Assembly: GCA_030704615.1 (NCBI GenBank)
Contig: CM060731.1
Coordinates: 22,506,001 to 22,570,000, forward strand
DNA from: Takakia lepidozioides
Taxonomy: Eukaryota > Plantae > Bryophyta
Length of the DNA stretch: 64,000 nucleotides
Direction of reading: 5' to 3'
Below, piece by piece: positions 63,801 to 64,000 of the stretch; position 1 is the stretch's first letter, and each line of letters begins with the position of its first letter. Both the position numbers and the translations under genes were made by a program. A model generated the notes under the pieces. It saw only the letters and a list, made by a program, of their open reading frames with translations, did not search any database and was not told where the DNA came from.

Positions 63801-64000
63801 ATACTTTGGCGGTGTTCGACGTGGATATCCAGTACAAACCGGGACGGGACAACGTGGTGGCCGATGCTTTAAGTAGAAAGCAGCAGCTAATATTGGTGTA
63901 CAGGGGCGAGACGGCGCTCCAAAAGAAGATCCGGAAGGCTTGCCGGAAGGATGAGCTGGCGAAGTCCGTGATGCAGGACTTGAGGATGGGGGTTAAATCG
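60820..64000 (+). pseudogene. gag-pol: gag-pol of copy B (frameshifts, a stop in RT, protease motif DTE)
   Basis: ORFs 60820-61827, 61834-62166, 62299-62826, 62766-63173 and 63177-63872. Confidence 0.92.

Larger units (their letters stand above)
60049..64000 (+). mobile_element. Galadriel-like chromovirus, copy B (runs off the window end)
   Basis: LTR 60049-60764, PBS TGGTATCAGAGC at 60767-60778, gag ATG at 60820, then PR, RT and RNase H, all closely matching copy A in reverse complement. Confidence 0.96.

Overview
Eukaryotic nuclear DNA from a land plant, probably a non-seed plant (bryophyte- or lycophyte-like; inferred from the TE lineages and intron style). Most of the window is transposon-derived. 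Two intact host genes lie in the middle: a Rubisco-activase-like AAA+ ATPase (26603-33226, 12 exons including a 10-nt micro-exon) and a WAT1/UMAMIT (EamA) transporter (35550-40108). Around them are: (1) a Ty3/Gypsy retrotransposon, cut by the left edge, whose polyprotein carries a DNMT3-like C5-cytosine methyltransferase directly upstream of RT and a PHD finger after integrase (1-4912); (2) a large decayed DNA-transposon-like unit (about 4.9-23.3 kb) with a Sola/DUF7869-like transposase and, divergently, a Pol II CTD-like protein and a ParB-like protein with a possible MTase-like tail, studded with about nine copies of a 24-bp palindrome; (3) a full-length Tcn1-like chromovirus with a self-priming PBS nested in that unit (10407-16802, TSD AATCG); (4) LINE fragments; (5) two closely similar Galadriel-like chromoviruses in divergent orientation (43771-50729 with TSD CATAC, and 60049 to the window end) flanking an orphan element saturated with CAGAC/GTCTG. 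The best candidates for new biology are the DNMT-RT-INT-PHD retroelement and the ParB-like protein plus palindrome system. All calls come from reading motifs by eye; no database searches were run.
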